Shown here one piece after another: positions 1-11,388 of a stretch of 64,000 bases of DNA. Within the stretch, counting starts at the first letter, position 1. Each line of letters starts with the position of its first letter. Both the position numbers and the translations under genes were made by a program. The stretch is from Oopsacas minuta (Eukaryota > Animalia > Porifera). The notes below the pieces were generated by a model. That model had not been told where the DNA came from. It did not search any database and saw only the letters and a program-made list of their open reading frames with translations. The stretch is from assembly GCA_024704765.1 (NCBI GenBank), contig JAKMXF010000364.1, forward strand, positions 62,001-126,000, in the 5' to 3' direction.

Positions 1-1164
1 AACCCCATACTGTTAGATACCCACTTATCTGAAGTTTGTTGGCAGAAGAAATATGGAAAAGCTAGTTTCTCCAACCTTATCATGGAAATAAGGAAACAAT
101 ATCCAGTTGTCTAACTGTACCATACTTCTGCTTTGATGTATCTTTTGTAGCAGTACTTGTTATATTGTAGATTTGTAGTTAAAGTAGTGTATAAAAAGCT
201 CAATACTAATTAGTTACTCCAAATATAACTACTACCCATAGTATCATATCCAGCCATGGGGTGTTATATATATAATATTCTGTCCACTATCATAAGTAGA
301 AATCCATGAAAACTTTGTTCCAACGTTACTAACGCACCTGGAGAGAAGCTGGATCAATAACTGTGCGATTAAATAGTACATGAATTGTTTCTAACATTGA
401 TACGAACACGAACGAACGATTAAAATTGGTTTCCAGAGGCCGGAGTAATACAAATTAAACTACCATTTTAGGAAACAGAATATACGCAAATATATGCGTC
501 ATATCGGGAATTCTATTAACTAGGTCGAATTATCGAGGTGCCACAGTATAAAATATTAAATGCAAAGTTGCACTGTATAATATTTAGTGTTGCAGAAAGC
601 ATTATCTTCTGACCAGCTTTCCTTTAAAGTAACAAGCGTGTATAACTGCAATATCAACCGTATGAGCATTCCTATGGTAATTGCAATGTATAAATCAATA
701 CAATTTGACTATAGTGAGTAATACAATTTTCCCCATAGGATTTGGCTTAGGGAGTAAATTTCTCGTAACTTTGTCAATTTTAATCCGATTTTGGAGTTCT
801 TTAGCTCTATCAACTCTTCTCAACGAGTTCTTGAACGGTGTATATAGGGATTTTTGACCACATTAAAATAGTTGGGGGGCGTAAGATTCTGCAATTGTAC
901 CGAATAATATATATTTTACTAAATATATGCTTACTAGAGACATATTTGGACACATTCCTAAAGCTTTAGCATATCTTTGTCCAAAATTTGATGTCCCACA
1001 CTTATGTAATACATTTGTTCAGCCAATAATGCTTTTTTTCGGGAATAAGGAAACCATGTCTATAAATGCTTGCAGCTAAAGCAGCATCCATGGTGCCAAA
1101 ATGTCGAATTACTCTTAGGCCTAATGTTTAGTAGGCTATGTATGAATAGACTTGGTACAGCTCC

Positions 1165-2152
1165 CAGTCATCGTGAATATGTGCAGACAGTTGAAATTGA
1201 AGTGATACACTTGCTGATATTTATCAAGATTTTTCATTAATTTCAACACCGTGAATAAGTTTGAACTTCTCCACGATGATACCCATACTTTGCAGGGTTG
1301 TTCATTCTATTTCAACTGTATGCACAGACTCACGGAGAGACTGACCTGTAACATGTATTTCCATTCAATTTCAATTGTCTAAATATATTCCCATTCATAT
1401 TGATATGTAACAAGTCTTTTCGTTCAATTTCAATTTAATGCAATTATTCATAGTGATACCGACCTGAATATTATTTTCATTAAATTTCAAATTTCTGAAC
1501 ATATGCACTTTGATTCAAATATACGATAAGTGATTTATATTTAAATTCAAATTTAATTTTTATTGAAATTCAACAGTCTGGACTAGTTCACCAAGATACT
1601 GAACTGTAATCAGTTTGTTAATTGAAATATCTACTGCCGGCACGTACAGTGATACTGAACAGTACAAAATATTTTCCTTAGATCTCAACTTTCGCCACTT
1701 ATTCACGGTGATATTGACCTTAATACGTTTTTCTACTATTTTCAACTGTCTGCACATATTTAATGTAATAGTAATATATCAAGGTTACTCATTCTATTTT
1801 AACTCTCTACCTATATTCATTGTGATACTGACCTGTAACCTAGTTATTTCATTGAATTTCAACTATTTGCACGTAGCCCCGGTTATACAGACCTGGAATA
1901 TGTGGTTTCTTTGAATTTCCACTGGCCGCTCTTTTCCACTTAAATACTGGGCAGAAATATGCTTTGCAGTTCAATTTCAAGTGTCGGAAGGTATTCACAG
2001 TGACACTGACCTGTAATGGGTAATATATCCAATTTGGCACTGTTTATATAGTTCAGCTTTTCACCTTGTATAGTTTACTTACCAATGAATATTTGGGAAA
2101 GTTTGAAATTGAATGCAAAATGTTTGTATAGTTCAGCTTTTCAACTTTGTAT
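1165..2152. repeat. Degenerate tandem satellite, ~58-bp monomer (left block)
   Basis: Motif gtgatactgacctgtaa...ttcaatttcaactgt recurs at ~1649, 1708, 1822, 1882, 2000 (steps of ~58 or 2x58). Orientation flips near ~1200 and ~2035. Confidence 0.75.
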
Positions 2153-2592
2153 GGTGTACCATAGCATTATATATACTAAGGCAATGGCACTCTATCGAAA
2201 TTTTGGACCATGGATTGTCATTACCATCGGACTACTTTACATCATAACTTTTGTATTTCTTAATATATCAAAGTGATTTTAACATTTATGTGTATCCAAC
2301 AACTGCTTACTCCTTAGAACATATTTTGGTATAATTTTGCCTGATTTATAAAACTTCAGTTTTGCACATGTTTGAGTATCCAATTCAGTCGTATTGTTCG
2401 CACGAATTAATCGCCTATAGTGCTCTAAGAATATGTATAATTCATTATGAGGATAGAGATCTTATGTAGCAACATGCAAACTATGTATTAGCGTCAATAT
2501 TTGTGATTACTTTTGAAATTTTGTGTCTTAAACGTCTTAATATGAAAAATATTTACCCACCCATAAATTTTGTATTCAATGTTGATAATATA

Positions 2593-3906
2593 CAGGGTGC
2601 GTTTTAAGTTCTGTCCCATCTTTATGTTTTATTGTATTATCTATATTCTAAGCATATCCTTAATACTACTATGTTGATTCTTTTACTATATTGTTTAGCT
2701 AGCACCTATACCTATTATACAATTCACCATTCTCACGTATTAGTATTTTCATTTGATGGAACACGAAAGGTCAGCTATTATTGAGTTAGCTAAAAATGGC
2801 AAGACTCAGAAAGAAATTTTGAAGTTGCTCAATATTCCCGCTAATAGACGTAAGTTTGTCTATCGTACGATTCGGAGGTACAACGAGACTGGGGAAGTTT
2901 GTGACAAAGCAAGAAGTGGTCGTCCCCCTTCAGTAACGACTCCAGCACTCCAAAAGTTGGTGCGGGAACGTATCCGTAGAAACCCACGGCGTTCTATGAG
3001 GAAAATGGCTCAGGAACTCAAAGTATCAGAGTCTTCAGTACGGAAAATTGTGAAAGTGAACTTAGGCATGCGTTCATTCAGAAGAAAGAGAGTTCACTTC
3101 CTAAGTGAGCAAGTAAAGGTCAAGAGGCTTCAAAGATGTAAAGGACAATTACGTAGGCACGTAAATCATGATATTAAAAAAATTGTATTCTCCGGCGAAA
3201 AGATTTTCACCATTGAGGAAGCTTTGAACCCTCAAAACGACAGGATTATATCACACAAGTCATCTACTATTGATCCAGATCTGAAGTACGTTCCTCGAGT
3301 CCAAAAACCACTTTCAGTAATGGTTTGGGCTGGAATATCGGCTGTTGGTCGGACGCCACTAATTTTTGTGCCAGCAGGCGTAAAAATAAACTCGACAACT
3401 TATCGTGACTTAATTTTAGAGCCCATAGTGAAGAACCTTAGCCAAACCATGTTTAATGGTGGGTCATTTGTATTTCAACAAGACGGAGCACCAGCTCACA
3501 CATCAGATGTTACCCAAACCTGGCTTCAGAGCAATATTCCATGTTTTATTGAGAAAGAGCAATGGCCTCCATATAGCCCAGACCTGAACCCAATGGACTA
3601 TTCGGTATGGTCCATTCTCGAAAGCAGAGTCTGTGCTAAATCTCACAAGAGTATAGACTCTTTGAAGCGAAAATTGCGAGAAGAGTGGGAGAAAATACCC
3701 CAAGATGTACTCCGTGCTGCAGTTGAGGCCCTACCTGGCAGGATATCAAGTGTCATTCATGACAAGGGAGGTTATATTGAGTAATCAGTGCGATTATGTA
3801 ATTGTATTGATCATAGTAAACTGGTATAAAAGTTTAAATAGTAAAAGATCTATTGTAGTAAAGTTATGAGGATTTGACTATGGGACAGAACTTAAAACGC
3901 ACCCTG
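2593..3906 (+). mobile_element. Tc1/mariner DD37D (maT-type) element nested in the P element
   Basis: 27-bp TIR CAGGGTGCGTTTTAAGTTCTGTCCCAT at both ends. TA TSDs at 2591-2592 and 3907-3908. Confidence 0.95.
2756..3784 (+). CDS. DD37D transposase, open frame but first catalytic Asp replaced by Gly
   Basis: HTH N-terminus, RSGRP linker, FSGEK (normally FSDEK), QDGAPAH, and SPDLNPMDY with 37 residues between the second and third acidic residues. Confidence 0.92.
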   Translation: MEHERSAIIELAKNGKTQKEILKLLNIPANRRKFVYRTIRRYNETGEVCDKARSGRPPSVTTPALQKLVRERIRRNPRRSMRKMAQELKVSESSVRKIVKVNLGMRSFRRKRVHFLSEQVKVKRLQRCKGQLRRHVNHDIKKIVFSGEKIFTIEEALNPQNDRIISHKSSTIDPDLKYVPRVQKPLSVMVWAGISAVGRTPLIFVPAGVKINSTTYRDLILEPIVKNLSQTMFNGGSFVFQQDGAPAHTSDVTQTWLQSNIPCFIEKEQWPPYSPDLNPMDYSVWSILESRVCAKSHKSIDSLKRKLREEWEKIPQDVLRAAVEALPGRISSVIHDKGGYIE

Positions 3907-3979
3907 TATAATAATTATTGTAAATATTTTCGTTTCTTCCAATTACTGCAATATTTGTACGCATCATCACATATTCAAC

Positions 3980-6900
3980 ATGACATGCCTAGTACCTGGT
4001 TGTAAGTCGAATTATCACAGTCAAGGTGATTCATATGTGCCTACTTTTTCCTTTCCTACTGATGTTGAAACTCGTGAAAAGTGGTTTCGAGCGATCCCTC
4101 CACCGAAAGGAGACTATGAGGAGAATAAACGATTTTTGGTAAGTTGCTATAGAAATTTGTCTGTGATATAGTATAATTATTTCTATCTTTATAGGTCTGT
4201 ATACATCATTTCCGTGAAGAAGATATCGAGAGGAATATTGAATATTATAACGGAGTTGAGATGATCAAGATGCCCAGGAAAAAAGTTGTTCTTAAGAAAT
4301 TTGCAGTTCCTAGTATCTTTCCAAATTGTCCAACTTATTTCACAGATGCAGTTGCTAAAACCCAAAGGCTATCTCTAGACGATAAAGAGGAGAAGAGGAT
4401 GCAGGATGTATACAAGAAAAGTCGAACAGAATTTCAAGAGACAGGAGCTAAGTTCAGGATTTCGAGTCTTAGTTGTATTATATCTGAGTTGCACATGATC
4501 GAACTCCCAAACGGTTGGCTTTTCCATCGCCCTGATTCTTCTAACATACTATTTCTTAAGATTCAATTTTGTGATAAAGTTTCCACTATTGAACGATGTA
4601 TAATTGTCGATGAAAGTTTATTTTGTAAGTCTTTTTATAAAGAAAAGAACAAAATTCAGCTCTCGTCTTCCTCAATAAATGATATCAGGTTATTAGAAAA
4701 CATTATACATGAAGTTGATTTATTGAAATATCTCCAAGTACTAATACAAATACCTCTGCGACATCTCTGATACAACATGTGGAGAACTCTATTCATAGTC
4801 TTGGTCAAGCTATTGATACATTAGAGCACACTGATTCCAAATTATATTTCGAAATCGCTGAGGCTTCTTTACGAATGCGTCTTACTTTTTTACTCGATCA
4901 GTTGAAATATCTAATCATTGATAAACATGCTCGACGTTATAACATCATCACTCTGGTCTTTTGTTTAAAAATTCACGGCATTTCCCCAGCTTGTTACCGT
5001 CTCATTCAGGGCTCTAATTGCTTAACTTTTCCTCATGAGCGTAATTTGTTGAAAGTAAAAAATAGTATTGGCTTAGAGAGTGATTATACAAAAATTCTCA
5101 GGGAAGTTGCCACTACATTCAATAATTTAGAACGCCATGTTATTCTTCAAATGGATGAGGTACATATCCGTGGTGATGCATCATATAAGGGAGGGAGAGT
5201 AATTGGGTCGATTGACAATCCTAATGATCCATATACCACAGTTTTCTCCATGATGGTTTCTAGCCTATCGGCCAAGTTTTCTACCATTGTTCGGTTGATT
5301 CCTTTGGGTTCTTCTTCTGCTGAATCATTGTATCCTATTGTCAGGTCTACTATCTGTGATATCGAAGCTTGCGGTCTATTTGTAGAAGCTGTTTGTACTG
5401 ACAACTATCCACTGAACGTTCGTTTATACAAATTGTTTTCAACTAGTTCGAAACTGGAGCCAAAAGTACAACACCCCTGCAACCCACATAGAAATTTAAT
5501 TTTGCTTTTTGATAGTGTTCATATCATTAGGTGCATCCGAAATAATTGGTTGAATCTCAAAAATATTGACAACACTTTCATTTTTCCGAAGTTCGACGAA
5601 TGTCTAGTAAGTATTCAAAACATCATTGACACTAACAAAAATTTTTACCTCTCCATCCCTAGAGCCAGCATTTCTACTGCCAATTTGATCTCTAAATCTG
5701 TATATCCAGATATTTGTTACGCTCGATTTCAAGATATACGAGATTTGTTTAGATCGGATAGATGTAATTTATTGAAACGAGCACCAAAATTAACAGCGAA
5801 AGCTTGTTGGCGCTCAAGCTTAGAACGGAAAAATGTTAGTTTTGCATTGAAAATTTTTCATGAGACAACATCTGCTGGCCTATTAGCGTGGAAAATCGAA
5901 AATGACACCAAACACATCAATCAAACAGTAGATTTTCTTGATCTTATTAACCGGATATGGAAAATATTCAATGTGAACTGGGTTGGGAAAAATATACGTT
6001 TTAATGATGAATTTTCAGTGCCAATATACCCAGACGATTTTCGGTTGCTCTTTTTGAACAACGTGGTCTCCTGGTTGGATAGTTAGGTCAATCTACCTTT
6101 TTTGTCCGGAAAATTAACGCCACAAACCTTTACCAGCTTTAGACATACATGTGAGGCATTACCACTACTAGTCAAACAACTAACTGAAAATTGTGGGTAC
6201 CAATATCTTCTTACTGCGAGAATACAAAATGATGCTTTAGAACACCATTTTGGATTATACAGACAAATGTCAGGGTCTCACTATCAAATATCTTTTAACC
6301 AAGTTTTAGAAAGCGAACGAAGACTCCAACTTTCCAACCTTTTAAAAGTTTTTGATATAAAATATGGTTTGGCAGATAACGTTTCACTAAAAGAATCCCT
6401 TAGGCAATTCGCAGACGATTGTGAGTTTATAAGTGATGAAAAGCAACTCGATATAGAACCTTATATGACTATATTGAATGATATCTCGCTCATTGAATTA
6501 GAAGTTTCTCAGATTGAATGCCTCATCTAAATAGCAGGATATGCAGTCTTCTCTTACATAAAAAGTCAAATACTTGTCAATCTTGTTACGATCTTTTAAC
6601 AACAGATAGACTCCTAGAAGTTAATAATGACGTTGGTTCTCAATATACTTTGATTAATTTAGTAGATCGCGGTTCTCTTAAATATCCTTCTTCTTGTGTA
6701 GTAAAGTCTGTTACTATCTTGTATAGAGCCTTTCTGATGATAGATAACTGTAATTCCCTCAGCAAGAAATTCTATTCTGCACAGTCCCGTAGTTTGTTGG
6801 TACTCATTTCTATGACAATCATTTCAGAGAAATATACTGATGTTTGGAATGATTGTTGCTCCTGTGGCGTTTGGAATCGGGACATATTGAAGAAATGGTG

Positions 6901-6997
6901 TGTTACATGGTCAAATATCATCTTGTCGAAGAGAGTCCGCAATTACAATTTTATGGTTTTAAATAGGGATAATACTAAGCTTAAAAAATACAAATAA
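3980..6997 (+). pseudogene. THAP-domain P-element transposase (THAP9-like), spliced, with frameshifts and stops
   Basis: THAP CLVPGC...KW...|VCIHHF...AVPSIF. Catalytic motifs ILQMDEVH, VCTDNYPLN, FDSVHIIRCIRNNW, QNDALEHHFG; IAGYAV. Breaks near 4740, 6084 (TAG) and 6528. Confidence 0.92.
4139..4194 (+). other. 56-bp spliceosomal intron inside the THAP domain
   Basis: ttg|GTAAGTTG...TTTCTATCTTTATAG|gtc. Removing it joins KRFL to VCIHHF in frame and completes the C2CH zinc finger. Confidence 0.88.
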
Positions 6998-7415
6998 TTT
7001 TTCTTTGTTCATTTTTAGATCATTTTACTGTTAGAATTTTGTGTAGAAGACTGAAGCTATTGTATTGTTATTCGATTTGTTATGTTCAGCTGGACGTTTA
7101 TGATAGTATAATATATTACTGTTACTACTACCAAGAGAATGTATTATGTTATTTATTGTATACTACATATACGTATTGTACTGTTAAATATATGGTTTGA
7201 CTTATTAAAATCTATTATGTTGATTTTGAATCTTCTAATATTGAATTAATCAGGCCGGGTGTGGTAAATCATTTAATCTGATGATTAATAATTAACTAGA
7301 AGCAGTAGAATCACAACTATAGATAATACATTATACTTTGAAAGTCGATGGTAATGACAATCCATGTTCCAAAATTTCAATAGAGTGCCATTGCCTTAGT
7401 ATATAGAATGCTATG

Positions 7416-8835
7416 GGTGTACTTACCAATAAATATGTGGGAATGTTTGAAATATAGTGTGAAATGTTGTATATTAAGCTTATCAAGTACAATCGGTTTC
7501 AATTGGCAATTGAGTGAAATGCTGTGTATAGAACAATAGTCCAGTGAATATAATCGTGCATTTGTAATTGAGTGACAAGCCTTGTATAGTATACTTTCAC
7601 AATTCTGTGTATTGAAATAGGAGTTGACTGTGAAATGTTTGTCTTTGCAGCTGGTCACTTCAAATTTGTTTCTTTTGATAATTCAGTGAAATTCTCCGTA
7701 TAGAACAATAACTCAGTGAGTGTCTTCTAGAATTTATAATTGTGTGACGAAACTATGTATAGTATACTTTCACAATTCTGTGTCTGAAATTAGTAATTGA
7801 CTATGACATGTTTGTCTAGTGCAGCTGGTCACATCAAACTTGTTTCCTATGATAATTCAGTGATATCCTCGGAATTGAACATTAGCTCAGTGAGTGCCTT
7901 CAAGCATTTATAATTGAGTGACACAACTATGTATAGTCTACATTCACAATTTTGGGTATTGAAATTTGTAATTGACTATGAATTGTTTGTCTAGTGCTGC
8001 TGGTAACTTCAAAATTGTTTCTTTTGAAAATTCAGTGAAATCCTGAAATTATAATAAGAGCTCAGTCAGTACCCTCGGACATATATAATTGAGTGACAAA
8101 ACTTTGTATAGTATACTTTCACAATTCTGTATCTGAAATTGGTAATTGCCCGTGAAATTAATATATAATTAAGGTGATCTCAAAAACTTTGTTTGTATTG
8201 TAATGTAGTGAAATCCTATCTTTTGAACTATATGCTAGGGATTATGTTGAGAGATTTGAAAATGAGTGACAATCCTTTGTATAGTGCACTCTCAAATTTC
8301 TGTGCGTGGAAATTTGAAATTGACATTGAAATGAATATATAGTTCAGTTAATCACAAATACCTTGTTTGTTTTGGAAATATGTGCAAAGCTGTGTTATGG
8401 ACATTACACTTGGGAATATGTTGTGAGAAATGATAGTAGTCGTTAATACTTTGTATAGTTTACTCTCAAATATCTGTGTTTGGAAATTTTGAAATTGACC
8501 TTGAAATGAGTATATAGTTCAGTTGATCACAATGCTTTGTTTGTACCGTAATGTTGTGAAATCCTTTGTTTTGAACTATATGCTAAAGATTATGTTGTGA
8601 GATTGGAAATTGAGTAACAATACTTTGTATAGTATACTTTCACAATTTTGTGTGTTCAATTTGCAATTGACTGTGAATGTTTGTTTAGTGCAGCTGTTCA
8701 CTTCATATTTGTTTTTTGGAAATTCCTTAAATCCTTTGATCAGAATAGTAACTCAGAGATTATGTTCCAACATTTGAAATTTAGTGAGATAATCTTGTAT
8801 AATATACTTTCACAATTTTGTGTTGGAATTAGAAT
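7416..8835. repeat. Satellite, ~174-bp higher-order unit made of three ~58-bp monomers (right block)
   Basis: tgtatagtatactttcacaatt at 7583, 7756, 7930, 8105, 8278, 8452, 8626, 8796. Internal sub-repeats at ~57-59-bp steps. Continuous with the sequence left of the P insertion. Confidence 0.88.
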
Positions 8836-8945
8836 GTAAGTAAATAAGGCTAAATACTAATCCACCTGCGTATTACCGCAAATCATGCAAAACCTTAGTT
8901 ATCCAACATTCTGATCATTATTGAGGGTATTATATATGGTGGAAT

Positions 8946-8975
8946 CACGGGTAACTGAAAAAACATTATGGGAAA
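8946..8975 (+). repeat. Candidate left TIR of the Chapaev element
   Basis: CACGGGTAACTGAAAAAACATTATGGG, a CAC-start terminus ~430 bp upstream of the Chapaev ORF. No partner end found. Confidence 0.35.
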
Positions 8976-9376
8976 AAAAATGAGGTCGTTGAGATTTTTT
9001 CACTTTCTTAAACAGAATTTTATGAGGAATCCGAATATACACACCAAAATCTTTCCTAACATTAAAATCTTTTTTCAGATTATACAAAAATTTATGAAAT
9101 CAAAAAAATTCTGGCTATAATAATTTTAACATATCCCCATTTTTAATATATTATCGTGATTCTTCGCTGATATACTTCTTTCTAGAATACAATTTAATTA
9201 CTAGTTACCTAATAGAATTGATGTTTTAACATAATCCTATCCAAAATGTCATTATCATGGCAACAAAATGAAACGTAGGAATTTACGCAATAGTTTTCAA
9301 TCTAGCTAAGTAGTACTTGTATGATATTACATTTAGGATATATACGTGTAATTATTGATTAATTCAGTTAAAGCAA

Positions 9377-11376
9377 ATGGGTGTAGAAACGAAACATGAA
9401 CATGCAAAAACTAGAATTTGTCGCTGGTGTTGTTCAAAAGTTGGCAAAATTATTTTGAGGAATAATCACCTAAAGGACCCTAAGTTAGGTGAATCATATA
9501 ACCAATATTTGGAACCACTCAATATTATAGAAGATAATCACCCTTATATCGTGTGTAATACTTGTAAACTCTACTTGTTTACTCTGTCCTTTGGGGATAC
9601 GACGAGGAAAACACCCGCACGATATGATTGGCCCATTATTCGTAACACGCGCTTAAACACCTGCCGCATTGGGAACTTATGTTCAATGTGTACCGAGAGT
9701 TCAAGATTCCGTCGCAAGAATCAAGCTTCATCTTCGATAATCCATATAAAGCCAGGAAGACCAACAATCAATTCACCTTATAAGACGATCAAGTTATGCG
9801 ACAAATGTGCGAGTCGTGTTAGTCCTGGAGTTAGTCATATCTGTTTGAAAAAGACATTGATTACCAACGCACATAATATGTTGGAACACCATAACGCTAT
9901 TGATACATTCGTTGGTGATAATGTATACCAAAGATTACATGAATGTAGCCATAAAAAATCTTCAATTCAGTTGCCTAAAACTTCAGGTGGGAATCCGTTT
10001 CATCTTTCTGTCCCCTCTTCCAGTACTGACGAACGTCCAGCTAAATTACCAAAAATGGATTTCTCTCACATCACGAATTTGAAGTGTTCAGGAATGTCAT
10101 TGTCCATTAAGCAGTTAAAGGTAGTAAATCGAATTATTAGAGATGTTGAAGTACCATGTCCATCAATGGATAGCTACTATAGAGAACGACATTTGTTGTG
10201 CGACGAAATATTCGAATGCATCCAGATTGAGCTGGACTATAGTAAAGAGAAATACAAGTCAGAATATAGGAACTCCTGGATAGTGAGATGTTGCGATATC
10301 GATGCCCTGATAGAAAAGATCTTTAATATCAGCAGAGAAATATCGGTACATGATCTTCATTTCAAGCTTGGATTAGACTTTGGTCGTGGTTTCACTAAAC
10401 TACTTATGTGTCTACAGAATGATAATTCTGTCGACCTGGTTTATCTATGGTTACGAGTGTCCCTGAGTGTAATTATAACTTCTCCGTTATGCTTCAAGAT
10501 GACCAGATAAAACGGCTGATGGAAGAATACAACGTTTCATTTACGGAAAATTTGAAAGCTGCTGGTTATTGCTTGGGAATAATGAACGGACGTCACCCTT
10601 GTATATGGTGTACTTGGGACAATAGAAGGGGTTTAGACAGTGTTCAGTGGGAAGAACGATCATCTGCTCACCATCTAGAGATGTTTCAAAATCTTCAAGA
10701 TATGTATCAGGGAGATTCTAAGAATCATGCAATTGACTGCGATGGTATTGAGGATCGCCAAGCACTAAATGTATGGCTGGTAGATTTCATGCAAATGTTT
10801 AATCTTCCTGAGTTACATCTGTTACTTGGGATAGGACAGAAGTTATACGATGCCATCCTTATCACAATGTCTGAGGACGAAAAAGAACACCATGAAGCAA
10901 TACTAAAAAAACTGAATATTCATAGAAGTGCTTACCATGGAGGAGCATTTGAAGGTAATGCAATGAGGAAAATCACAAAGGAGGTATTGGAACTCGGGTT
11001 TCCAAAAAGTAATTCCTCTTATATCACGCTTGTAAAATTCAGGTGTGTTGTTGATTCTTGCTTCGGGAAACACATAAAGGGAGATTTCAAAATGGCAATA
11101 TATCATTTTGAACAAACATTTAAACAATCAGGACTTTCTTGCTCTACAAAAGTTCATGTCCTATGTAGGCACCTAATTCCGTTTAGCACGAAACATCTTC
11201 CAGATGGAATGGGTTTAGGATCAGTTTCAGAACAAGCATTTGAATCTGCCCTTTCTAGATTTGGCAGAGTTTGGGAGACAAGATATAAATGTCAAGAGGA
11301 AAATGAAAAATTTCCAGAGTGCTTATTAAACACAGTATCAGATGTTAACTTCGTCAATTTCATTAATAAATCATAG
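9377..11376 (+). pseudogene. Chapaev (CMC superfamily) transposase, one frameshift (~10445)
   Basis: N-terminal H..CRWC...CNTC zinc finger. KLGLDFGRG (D), TENLK (D->N), PCIWC, PELHLLLG, YHGGAFEGN, KVHVLCRH, GLGSVSEQAFES (E). Confidence 0.8.
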
Positions 11377-11388
11377 TATGGTAAGCTA

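Larger units (their letters stand above)
2160..7415 (+). mobile_element. Full-length P-superfamily (THAP9-like) DNA transposon, defective
   Basis: 70-bp TIRs CATAGCATT(A/C)TATATACTAAGGCAATGG... at 2160-2229 and 7346-7415 (3 mismatches). 7-bp TSD GGTGTAC at 2153-2159 and 7416-7422. Contains THAP-transposase relic. Confidence 0.93.

Noticed and set aside
1165-8835. CRISPR-like repeat-spacer array
   Set aside because: The whole unit is degenerate and homologous between copies, with no invariant repeat or unique spacers. The context is eukaryotic with no cas genes.
7570-8835. 174-bp unit as a 58-aa protein repeat
   Set aside because: The frames checked contain stops within a single unit, and unit lengths vary by non-multiples of three.
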